A stretch of DNA of 32,000 nt. Source: Candidatus Lokiarchaeum ossiferum. GTDB lineage: Archaea > Asgardarchaeota > Lokiarchaeia > Sigyniarchaeales > Promethearchaeaceae. Below, piece by piece: positions 23,930 to 32,000 of this stretch. The stretch lies in NCBI GenBank assembly GCA_025839675.1, contig CP104013.1, forward strand, positions 2,250,001 through 2,282,000. The letters run 5' to 3'. The position numbers were made by a program, and so were the translations under genes. Under the pieces are notes generated by a model. It saw only the letters and a program-made list of their open reading frames with translations, was not told the origin of the DNA and did not search any database. Numbering within the stretch: the first letter of the stretch is position 1; every line of letters starts with the position of its first letter.

Positions 23930-26734
23930 TTGCAATATGCTAATGAATCAGTGGATATTAGTAAGGAATGGAGATATCCCAATACTAACACAGACTTTTT
24001 AATAATTGGAATAGATGAGGCAACTTACAACATCTTTCAAAATCAAAGTTATGGAAAAATTCTCAACTTAACAGCTTCTTATGAAGAGTTGGCCCAGAAT
24101 TTTGTCATAACTAATTTTGGGGGAGATCTAAAATCAATTTTGTCGGAACTTCGTTTAGAAATCTATACGGACGCCGAAAGCAGTACAGATCAAAGTGCAT
24201 CGGTTTATTTGGACTTTTTTAATTCTGAAACAAACCGAACTTCACCTTCTCCTAATACTTGGATTGCCAAGGAAGACGCTAATTTGACCATATTCTCTCA
24301 ATTTAATATTCTTAATATTCCTTTATTTTATTCTATGATAGGCATGAACAATCCCCGAGATAGTTCACCGATCTTATTATGTGGCACATCATTGTTGGAA
24401 AGATTTGAAGCGGTGCCTGATGAAGAGATTTATCCCTATAAAAAGCGAATCAGCTTGAATCTTCGCATTGATCGGACATTGCTTCTATCACAGACTCCTT
24501 CGAAAACGATGTCCCAGCTCCAGGACACCTTTAAACCCCAAGCGTTGTTATATCGAAATGATTTAGATATAAATTTTACTCGATTCGAAATGACAAGCTT
24601 GGAAATAATTTTAACTACTCTTGAAAATGATATTTTTAATGCAAGATTTTATAATTTTTTAATCTTCATCCCAATTTTTATCTTTGGGGGGCTTTTTGTT
24701 AACTTAACTTTTTCTCTTTTCATAGAACGTCGACGGGAAGAATTTCGTTTATATCTAATCAATGGACTGGACCAGCAGACGTTAAAAAAGATCCTCTGGG
24801 GGACAAGCACAGGATTGGGGATCATTGGTGGGATACTTAGCTCACAGTGCGGCTTATTACTGAGCAAGATCCTTGGGACATATTTCTTCCCAGAAGTGAC
24901 CTTTATTTTACTGACTTTAAAAACGAGTTTTTGGAGTTTTTTTGTCCAAAATATTTTCTTTTACGCTCTGCTCGGAGGATGCTTTGGGTTCGTGGCTATA
25001 GGAAATTCGATTAAACATCTAAAATTAGAGAATTTAACAAGTTTTCTTGGTAATTCAGCATCTCAAAACACAAAATGGGTCCAAAGGTGGAATAAGGGAA
25101 AAATAATCATACTCTGGACAATATTCAGTCTGATTCTCTTCGCTTGGGTACTCCAAATTACAGGATTCCCAATTAATGTGGATCTCATTCAAGAAACAAA
25201 CTTCCAATTTGTTTCGTATATACTCCTTTGGCTTGGACCCGTACTGGGAATAGCACCCTTTTGTTTCCCGTTATTACTTACGAACTCTGTATTAGATAAA
25301 ATGTCTCAATGGATTATAAAGCAAAAAACCAAAATTTCATCCCAAAACCATTCAGATATTGCAAAAACCCAAGAAGAAGGTCCCAAAAAACACCTCAAAT
25401 CTCCAACCAACTTCCATCCTAAAAGGATCCAAACTAAGAAAAATCCGATGAAAAAGCTCTTGATTTGGAATATGGACCACAATTGGTCAAAAAACACAAA
25501 GATAATTAAGATCTACACATTTGCACTAGTTTTAATCACCCTTTCATCCAACTTAGTAACTTCCTACCAATATTCGAAGAATATTCACTTCAGTTTATAT
25601 ACTGCTCAAAGTGAAGTGATAGAAATGGAACTTTTTGAAGATGTATCCCTCTCGACCCTCCCAAACATCTCTCAAGCATTAACTTATGAAACTAATTTTG
25701 GAAGTGTTGATCATATCAACATGGTTTACCATTCACAAATAAATGATGAGCGATATTCAACAGAAAATTACGAGGGATGGGAAGTTAAGATCCACAGCTT
25801 GGATACATCTGATTTAGAACCCTATCGGTTTTCATTTTTAAATTATGCTCAACTGATGCATGATACCACGATTTTAGACGAATGGTTTATTGGAGGGACT
25901 TTCGCAGAAATATGTTCTCAGATGGAACAACCAGATTCAGTTCTTGTACCCACCTACATGTTTGATCAAGGATTAAATATAAATGATATATTTAGCTTTT
26001 CAATTAAACTAGAAAATGGAACCATGATAAGGAAAAATGGAAGAATTATTGGAGCTTATGATAAATTTCCAGCATCATTTTTAGATCGAGATTTCATGGG
26101 CGTGAAGAATGTGGAGATCTTTATGAGTTATGATCTTCTAAAAGATGGATGTGTTAAATCAGTTCAGATGTTTCTATATGGTGAAAAACCATTAGAAAAT
26201 CAAGAAAAACAAAATTTTATTGAATTCTTAGCCAATGTTGTTAAAATAGATTGTAATATTGAAGAAAAAGAACCACCCTACGATATTTTTGAATTCCAGA
26301 CCTTTCGGTTATTTCAATTAGAAAGTTACTTTTTTATCGGATTCGCACTCATTGGATTTTTATTATTCTACAAGGTTGAGAAAATTCAAACAGGAAAGAA
26401 TATGGCCATTCTTCGATCAAAGGGTATTCTGGAACGAGAAATGTGGAAAATTCACCTTCAGGAGTCAGGATTAGTATTTTGTACAATCATCTTCCTCTCA
26501 TTAATTGGATTAGCCAGTTCACCGACATTATTAGTTTTCTTAAATTATTATCGAAGCGAAACTGCGAGTTATCGACATTTTGAATTACTCTTTCAAACAA
26601 ATTGGGCACTCTATCCCTTAATTTTATTTTTAGGAGGATTCTTCTTCTTTCTGTTGAATTCAGGATTTTTTTATAAGCAAATAAAATCCACCCGGCAAAA
26701 TTCTCGCCTTGATCAATATCTTCGCGCATCGTGA
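23930..26734 (+). CDS. FtsX/MacB-type ABC-transporter permease body (two FtsX domains, two large extracytoplasmic domains); probably one ~1035-codon gene with 23630..23821
   Basis: FtsX signatures: EEFRLYLINGLDQQTLKKILWGTSTGLGIIGGILSSQCG and MAILRSKGILEREMWKIHLQESGLVFCTIIFLSLIG. The track start is a TTG, there is no in-frame ATG nearby, and the frame stays open upstream back to the TAA at 23819-23821. Confidence 0.8.
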   Translation: MQYANESVDISKEWRYPNTNTDFLIIGIDEATYNIFQNQSYGKILNLTASYEELAQNFVITNFGGDLKSILSELRLEIYTDAESSTDQSASVYLDFFNSETNRTSPSPNTWIAKEDANLTIFSQFNILNIPLFYSMIGMNNPRDSSPILLCGTSLLERFEAVPDEEIYPYKKRISLNLRIDRTLLLSQTPSKTMSQLQDTFKPQALLYRNDLDINFTRFEMTSLEIILTTLENDIFNARFYNFLIFIPIFIFGGLFVNLTFSLFIERRREEFRLYLINGLDQQTLKKILWGTSTGLGIIGGILSSQCGLLLSKILGTYFFPEVTFILLTLKTSFWSFFVQNIFFYALLGGCFGFVAIGNSIKHLKLENLTSFLGNSASQNTKWVQRWNKGKIIILWTIFSLILFAWVLQITGFPINVDLIQETNFQFVSYILLWLGPVLGIAPFCFPLLLTNSVLDKMSQWIIKQKTKISSQNHSDIAKTQEEGPKKHLKSPTNFHPKRIQTKKNPMKKLLIWNMDHNWSKNTKIIKIYTFALVLITLSSNLVTSYQYSKNIHFSLYTAQSEVIEMELFEDVSLSTLPNISQALTYETNFGSVDHINMVYHSQINDERYSTENYEGWEVKIHSLDTSDLEPYRFSFLNYAQLMHDTTILDEWFIGGTFAEICSQMEQPDSVLVPTYMFDQGLNINDIFSFSIKLENGTMIRKNGRIIGAYDKFPASFLDRDFMGVKNVEIFMSYDLLKDGCVKSVQMFLYGEKPLENQEKQNFIEFLANVVKIDCNIEEKEPPYDIFEFQTFRLFQLESYFFIGFALIGFLLFYKVEKIQTGKNMAILRSKGILEREMWKIHLQESGLVFCTIIFLSLIGLASSPTLLVFLNYYRSETASYRHFELLFQTNWALYPLILFLGGFFFFLLNSGFFYKQIKSTRQNSRLDQYLRAS

Positions 26735-26835
26735 GATACAATACATCCCCCCTTTTTTCATTGTGGTTATTTTTTCCTCTTTTCATCCAATTCAGTAATC
26801 AATTTTCGTTTGATGAACATATATCATCATAAAAG

Positions 26836-27393
26836 TTATGCAAAAAAGATGATCGTAAAGATAATTCCACTGAGAATAATTACCCCAAGTAACCCAATTA
26901 AAATACCAATGGCCATTTTTTCGAATTTCTGCAAGGGAGGGCGCTTTTTCTTAGTCTTAGAAGCATTATATTTGCGTTCAACCGCCTTAGCTTTTTTAAT
27001 ATAAACTACGGAGAAAATACCCACGGATCCGAAGGTCCCGACTAATAGAATAGATAACCCCACAAAGGTTCCCACAGTGCTCATTAAAACGGAACCCAAA
27101 ATCGCGAAAAACACAATGGGAAAAATGATTAAAATCGGTTTTAAATTACCGCGCACAACACGCCAATATCGTTGTTTTTGGGCGCGTTGTTCCGCAGAAG
27201 GTTGAGATTCCCAACAAGGTGCACAGGTACCACATTTGCCACTACAACAAGAACTATAAGATAGATGACAATAATAGCAAATACGACCGGACCGTATCGA
27301 CTGTACATACTCACGATTGCATTTGGTACAGGTAAAATCCGTTCTGATGATAGCCCCCAATTTCAATTGTTGGACATCGTTATTGGTTCGCAC
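26836..27393 (-). CDS. Small membrane protein with N-terminal cysteine-rich zinc-ribbon-like domain
   Basis: 185 aa with a GTG start. The Cys-rich segment is FTCTKCNREYVQSIRSGRICYYCHLSYSSCCSGKCGTCAPCW (CxxC...CxxC, then CCx3Cx2Cx2C). It is followed by three hydrophobic helices (ILIIFPIVFFAILGSVLM, VGLSILLVGTFGSVGIFSVV, IGILIGLLGVIILSGIIFTIIFF). Confidence 0.65.
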   Translation of the reverse strand: MRTNNDVQQLKLGAIIRTDFTCTKCNREYVQSIRSGRICYYCHLSYSSCCSGKCGTCAPCWESQPSAEQRAQKQRYWRVVRGNLKPILIIFPIVFFAILGSVLMSTVGTFVGLSILLVGTFGSVGIFSVVYIKKAKAVERKYNASKTKKKRPPLQKFEKMAIGILIGLLGVIILSGIIFTIIFFA

Positions 27394-27550
27394 TGCCAGT
27401 CATGATAATAATTTTCAAAGTCCAAACTATTATTTCATGCAGTGCGTTTTTAACTGTTGCACTTCTTATCCCAATCAAAATAAGTTTCATTATTTACTTC
27501 TTTGAAAATATTTCAGTCGAACAGACAGTTAAAAAAAGAAAACTTCTCGA

Positions 27551-28603
27551 TTATAGATCCCGTCCACATTTGGGGCAAAATAAGGCACCGAAATCGGCTC
27601 GAGCATTACACTTAGAGCAAACAGGTTGGGATGTTTCGTTTATAGAATTAACAGGGGAGAAAAGGGAGATTTGATTTGCTGTTGAAGAAACCTTATGTTG
27701 GTTGCTGTCAAGTGTAGGAGATTTTAAAAGATCGACTTTTTGTTTGATTGAGTTAGAAGTATGAATAATTTTTGGGTTTCCGAATTGATACTGTGCAGCT
27801 TGTATACTAACTTGAAGATAATTCAAATCTTGATGTTTCACACCAAAAATGCTTCGCTGCTTGGAATTATCTAAAGGAAGATGGCAGGTCATAATCGCAC
27901 CATAACCGATAAAAATCATGCTAAGCGCGAAAATGAAAGGAGTAAAACGTTTTAGAAAGAAAAAAAGTTCTATTTCGCTATAATATCGACCTGCAAAGAT
28001 GTAATATAGGGGTTTCCCTTCAAAACGAAAATTAAGAAATTGAAATCCAATGTTTGCTAACGCATATAATAATAAGCCAAAGCTGAGAGATCTGGAATAA
28101 ATTCGTATTTTTGGACTTAATTTCCGACAGCGACGCAATTTGAACAAGATAATGATGATGGTTATTGAAGAGAGTATCCCTAGATTTGGAATTAAAGAAA
28201 TTTTACCAAAGGAGTAAATTGCCAGAGCAATCCAGATCCATAGAGCAAGTTTTCCGCTTGTTTGACTATAAAGAAGAGTATTTTCCAATTTGGTAAAGAA
28301 AAATGAGGAGGCAAACATGCTAAAAAGACTCAAAATGAGATTTATTTCTTCAAAAGATTCATGTAATGAAAAATCAATGGATTCATAACTTTGATCAATA
28401 ATATATGTGGAGATAACGAACCAATTTATGACTTTGGCTAAATACCAAATGAATTCCATGACAAAAAAAATTAAGTAGTATTTCAAAAAGGTTTTTTCAC
28501 AATTCCATCCAAGTTTGAAGATCTGATAACCCTTAAGCAGATAAATTAAAAATAATAATAATCCAATGAGAACGAAAATATCAATTAAGATGGTTGGATA
28601 CAT
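27551..28603 (-). CDS. Polytopic membrane protein with C-terminal zinc ribbon
   Basis: About 7-8 hydrophobic helices are followed by a cytoplasmic tail ending in CSKCNARADFGALFCPKCGRDL (CxxC-x10-CxxC). ATG 28603 (MYPTIL...) is preferred over the TTG at 28621 because GGTGA lies 4 nt upstream of it. Confidence 0.75.
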   Translation of the reverse strand: MYPTILIDIFVLIGLLLFLIYLLKGYQIFKLGWNCEKTFLKYYLIFFVMEFIWYLAKVINWFVISTYIIDQSYESIDFSLHESFEEINLILSLFSMFASSFFFTKLENTLLYSQTSGKLALWIWIALAIYSFGKISLIPNLGILSSITIIIILFKLRRCRKLSPKIRIYSRSLSFGLLLYALANIGFQFLNFRFEGKPLYYIFAGRYYSEIELFFFLKRFTPFIFALSMIFIGYGAIMTCHLPLDNSKQRSIFGVKHQDLNYLQVSIQAAQYQFGNPKIIHTSNSIKQKVDLLKSPTLDSNQHKVSSTANQISLFSPVNSINETSQPVCSKCNARADFGALFCPKCGRDL

Positions 28604-28745
28604 AATTTCACCTTTTTGCAATTTTTTGACAACAGCTCTGTCTCTATAACCTTATTCCAATTCATATATAAAAAGATTCTGATCAACATGCTTCAATAAA
28701 TAGTCTAAAAAATGTGAACACCCTTCCCCTTCATTAAAATGGACT

Positions 28746-29045
28746 GTGATAGTAAGCATGACCATTATGGGAAGAACATTACCCTCTTTTCGCCCCGCCT
28801 TAGATATGGAAATCCAGTCATGGATCAATTTCAAACGAGAACTCAGCTCAGAAGATCGTCCCCTATTTGATCAAATTATGCGCTATGCTAAAATGCATGG
28901 AGATGCAGGATCATTAGCGGCGCGATTTTTGATTTCAGAAAACGTTTGGCTATCAGCCTTAATTGAACAACAGAAACTTATTGACAAATTAAGTGAAAAA
29001 ATTGAACAGCTTAGAGCTCCAACAAAAGTAGGGTTTCTGGTTTAA
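28746..29045 (+). CDS. Hypothetical small protein (92-99 aa, helical)
   Basis: ORF with no recognised domain. The start is ambiguous: GTG 28746, ATG 28758 or ATG 28767. It is divergent from the Zn-ribbon membrane gene. The overlapping minus-strand ORF 28652..28834 is less plausible. Confidence 0.5.
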   Translation: MIVSMTIMGRTLPSFRPALDMEIQSWINFKRELSSEDRPLFDQIMRYAKMHGDAGSLAARFLISENVWLSALIEQQKLIDKLSEKIEQLRAPTKVGFLV

Positions 29046-29343
29046 CAAGTTGTTTTAACATTGAGAATCAATAGCAGAAAATCAAAATTATTTATTTCTA
29101 AATAAAACAGCAAATAGCAAAGCAGAAAACAAGAAAAATTTGTTTGTATTTTTTGGCATAAGAATTATCTATGAAGTAACTAATTTTTGAATTTGTGGTG
29201 TTGAAATAACAATAACAACAAAAATTTTTTGCCTCTCATGGAATCAAATCATTTTTAGGAAATAAGTACCACCATTATATTGAACTTAGATATACCAATA
29301 AAACAAATTCATATATAACGAGAAAAAAAAAGATGGATTAACC

Positions 29344-29766
29344 ATGGATGAATTGGATGAACTCTGGATACTAAATGAATCAGGTGCCTGTATGTTTAAT
29401 TATGCAGTAGATAGTAAAATGGATCCATTGTTATTTGGGAGTTTTTTTACTGCGATCAATCAATTTGGAAAACAATGTTCCGATACAGCCATTGATGATA
29501 TCACCATGGGTAAGAATTTTTTAATGAGCATGTTTTTGCCGGACTATCATACCACCATTGTTGCTCGGAGTACCCACACGAAAAAGCGCAAGAATATGAA
29601 AAAAATGTTAAAGGAAATCTCAATCCAATTTATTCAACATTTTCAGCCATATCAAATAATCGACTGGGATGGAAATCTGGACCTTTTTGAAGATTTTGAA
29701 CAATTCATTGTATCCTATTTCAACCGCTCAGAAAAGATAATCCAAAATATGAAAATGATATTCTAA
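29344..29766 (+). CDS. Small longin-like (TRAPP/sigma-adaptin/roadblock-related fold) protein
   Basis: 140 aa. The N-terminal beta-hairpin LWILNESGACMFNY resembles the LYIFDRNGTCLHY and ILIQNRAGKTRL starts of TRAPP Bet5-type and AP sigma longin domains. The following elements match longin topology (b1-b2-a1-b3-b4-b5-a2): helix LLFGSFFTAINQFGKQ, strands IDDITMG / NFLMSMFLPD / YHTTIVARS, and helix MKKMLKEISIQFIQHF. Confidence 0.5.
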   Translation: MDELDELWILNESGACMFNYAVDSKMDPLLFGSFFTAINQFGKQCSDTAIDDITMGKNFLMSMFLPDYHTTIVARSTHTKKRKNMKKMLKEISIQFIQHFQPYQIIDWDGNLDLFEDFEQFIVSYFNRSEKIIQNMKMIF

Positions 29767-29855
29767 TTGAAGAGAAAATTTTCACCTCTTTCAAAGAAAA
29801 ATCATCATTTTACCTGATTTCTACAAAATATCTGGTATATTGAAGAATACCGATT

Positions 29856-30332
29856 TTATAAAATCGACTGAAAATCAATGTACCGGAAATTCTCACTAAT
29901 CATAACTTCCTTTTCAAAATCACAATTGGTGCAATATTCAATTACTACAATGTGATCTTGGACTTCTTTATCGATGCGATAAATATTTCCTGTAGAACAT
30001 GTGGGACAAGATTGAAACGAATAATAACAAACAGGACAGTGTTTCAGATAACCCAATAATTGAGTTTGCGGGTGAGTAATCTCCAATTCAGCCTTTTTAC
30101 AAACAGGACACTTTTCCGAAGGAAAAGGATAATCAACAGGATACTTCATCGCTTTACGGTATGGATTATTTAAGTTAATGGCTTCTAAAGTGAAGGCTGA
30201 TAGGGCATCTGGTAAGGACCTATACTCCCCTTGATCAACCAAAGATTGCATATATTCAATTGTTTGATCTGGTAAAGAAAATTTAAGTTCAGTCCCATCT
30301 TTAGGAAAGGAAATGTTAACTATTTTTGGCAA
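29856..30332 (-). CDS. Ribbon-helix-helix (CopG/ParD-like) N-terminal domain fused to multiple zinc ribbons
   Basis: 158 aa. The RHH-like segment is ELKFSLPDQTIEYMQSLVDQGEYRSLPDALSAFTLEAI (the G.Y.S...A motif typical of CopG/ParD). The Zn-ribbon pairs are CPVCKK...HCPVCYY, CPTCSTG and YCTNCDF. The start is TTG with GGGGATCA 5 nt upstream. Confidence 0.65.
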   Translation of the reverse strand: MPKIVNISFPKDGTELKFSLPDQTIEYMQSLVDQGEYRSLPDALSAFTLEAINLNNPYRKAMKYPVDYPFPSEKCPVCKKAELEITHPQTQLLGYLKHCPVCYYSFQSCPTCSTGNIYRIDKEVQDHIVVIEYCTNCDFEKEVMISENFRYIDFQSIL

Positions 30333-30463
30333 ATTATTGATCCCCAGAATTCATCGATATCTTTCATCGAGATGATATTATGGGTAATACCCAACAGACT
30401 AAAAATGGTCATTTTAAGAAATATTCTAAAACTATTGAATAAAAAAAAACTGTATTTGACTTA

Positions 30464-31996
30464 TTATTTTTTTGAAATGCGCACGGAATCAGCTTTCAAT
30501 TGAAGATTTGTAAATTCAACATCATAAGTGCTTCCATCTGAAGAAGTTAAAGTAATCGTTGCATTTTTGAAATGGAGAGGGGTTTTTTTTTGTAGGAGAA
30601 GATCTTGGATCATTTGTATATCCAATGTATCAATATTTTCAACATTATTTTTTTCAGAACCCGTGTAATTTGAATCTAATTCAACCAATGGTTTTAAACC
30701 AGGAAGTTCATTAATGGACTTGGTCTGAATTTCGGTTAAAATAGGAGATAAATCTACTTGTTCTAATTCAGCTTTGAGAACATCCAAAAGTGTAGAGTTC
30801 ATCCAAACAATCTTCGATAGAAGCAAATCAGGAGATTGGCTGAGACGAGTCTGTAATTCTACTTGTGATAAGACTTGAAATTGTGGATATTGATGACCTT
30901 CGGCATATTGTTCTTTCAATTTAGGATAAGAGAGCTTTTGGAAAATTTTGTTAATATAAGACGAATTGAGAACCCCCAACCCATGATGTTCTGGAATAGG
31001 GAAGATTATTACATCCGAATTAATACTCCCCGGTAATGGATATTCAAGACCAAACAATTCTACTCGCAGTATGGATTGAAAAGATAATTGGGCAAAATAA
31101 GAATTAATCCCTCTAAATTCACCAGTAACCGAATTAAGCAATTCTCCTAATGGATGAAATATGATTCCGTACTTGGTAAGCAAATCTTTAGGAAAATGTG
31201 TGGGTGAAAAATCAGAATAAAAGAGATAGCCGGCAGGATCACAAGTCCAAGGAGTAAGAATTATGGCTGCATAGGGTGCAATAGATTGATCAAATGTGAA
31301 TGCAAGAAAGTGAGAGCCTTTATCAGTACTTGGAGAATAGGGTATAACTTTTTGGGTAGCACTCTTTCGTTTTTCCACTATAACGGATTCTGCCTCTTGT
31401 CTCGTTTTTTGTACAGAAAATGACCCAACTTTTAATACAATATCAATGTGATCTATCTCTGAGAATTTGGATTTCATTGAAATTATTAAATGTTGAAAAA
31501 GGTGAGTTAATTTGGACGAGAGAGAGTCCATAGATAATTGACTATGAAGACGAAGAGTGGGAAGATAATTGTAAGATTGAAATTCCACTCCTTCAATTTG
31601 ATTTAAAATTGAAATTACATGCCGATATAGCCACCCTTCTTGAAAAGAGCTGAATCGGGTGGAACTAATCTTGCATTGGAATCCAAATTCAATACTTTTT
31701 TTTTTGGATTGTAGGATAGAAATTTGTTCTTGATCCGTTAGGGATGGATCAAGAGTGATACTAATATTATCTTCTGGGATTGAATCTTTAGGAGTAATTT
31801 CAAGGAAAGAATAGCTAAGGTGGGTACTAATGTATGCATCTGGTGATTCATCTTTGGATTTTGGCCCATTTAGCAGAAATGAATCTATTTTGTAAATATC
31901 ACTTCTTACACCCCCCAGTTCAACCCAAAGGTCTTTGGATTCTATTTTTTGAGCAGAATATTGATGGCCACTTCTGACTGAAGTATGATTTAGCAT
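30464..31996 (-). CDS. Hypothetical protein (510 aa, no recognised domain)
   Basis: Long clean ORF with its ATG at 31996, 4 nt from the window edge. It has no TM segments or motifs I can assign. It is co-directional with the RHH-Zn-ribbon gene 131 nt downstream. Confidence 0.7.
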   Translation of the reverse strand: MLNHTSVRSGHQYSAQKIESKDLWVELGGVRSDIYKIDSFLLNGPKSKDESPDAYISTHLSYSFLEITPKDSIPEDNISITLDPSLTDQEQISILQSKKKSIEFGFQCKISSTRFSSFQEGWLYRHVISILNQIEGVEFQSYNYLPTLRLHSQLSMDSLSSKLTHLFQHLIISMKSKFSEIDHIDIVLKVGSFSVQKTRQEAESVIVEKRKSATQKVIPYSPSTDKGSHFLAFTFDQSIAPYAAIILTPWTCDPAGYLFYSDFSPTHFPKDLLTKYGIIFHPLGELLNSVTGEFRGINSYFAQLSFQSILRVELFGLEYPLPGSINSDVIIFPIPEHHGLGVLNSSYINKIFQKLSYPKLKEQYAEGHQYPQFQVLSQVELQTRLSQSPDLLLSKIVWMNSTLLDVLKAELEQVDLSPILTEIQTKSINELPGLKPLVELDSNYTGSEKNNVENIDTLDIQMIQDLLLQKKTPLHFKNATITLTSSDGSTYDVEFTNLQLKADSVRISKK

Positions 31997-32000
31997 CGTT

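Noticed and set aside
28652-28834. 60-aa minus-strand ORF overlapping the 99-aa plus-strand ORF
   Set aside because: It lies in a divergent promoter region, overlaps the longer plus-strand ORF, and has no RBS or recognisable features.
1-32000. Search for tRNA, rRNA, CRISPR arrays, integrases/transposases or prophage hallmarks
   Set aside because: By eye I found no cloverleaf-capable GC-rich segments, no rRNA-like conserved blocks, no spaced repeat arrays and no recombinase motifs. The absence is based on manual inspection only.

Overview
AT-rich, densely coding window. It contains about 23 credible protein genes, no rRNA or tRNA, no CRISPR array and no recognisable transposase. The gene content looks archaeal and possibly Asgard/Lokiarchaeia-like, but this is inference only. 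The supporting traits are solute-binding and surface proteins with C-terminal TM anchors, many winged-helix regulators, many zinc ribbons, a longin-like small protein, GGTGA/AGGAG-type ribosome-binding sites and oligo-T runs after genes.

Gene order:
- 1-4124: a partial TetR regulator and a TatD hydrolase (both minus strand), then a plus-strand trio of a Pol-beta-NTase-like ORF, a 386-aa orphan and a GNAT acetyltransferase.
- 4138-10225: a co-directional minus-strand block of a class-III PLP aminotransferase, a kinase-like ORF, a VWA surface protein and a membrane-tethered double-wHTH regulator.
- 10574-16002: a 1175-aa PKD-containing surface protein and a seven-repeat SBBP beta-propeller surface protein.
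- 16141-26734: an FtsX-type permease, a YhhQ/DUF165 (queuosine-precursor-type) transporter, a duplicated-wHTH regulator, a family-5 ABC solute-binding protein, and a second and larger FtsX-type permease that is broken by one in-frame TAA.
- 26836-31996: a region of zinc-ribbon proteins and orphans, comprising two Zn-ribbon membrane proteins, a 99-aa ORF, a longin-like ORF, an RHH plus Zn-ribbon protein and a 510-aa orphan.

Most notable non-coding signal: a ~200-nt element is present twice (20643-20839 and 23211-23409). Its 100-nt core differs at only 4 positions. One copy lies in the long upstream region of the solute-binding-protein gene and the other in the long upstream region of the interrupted permease gene. 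The first copy is divergent from the double-wHTH regulator gene.

All functional calls rest on motifs read by eye from the translations. No database search was possible.
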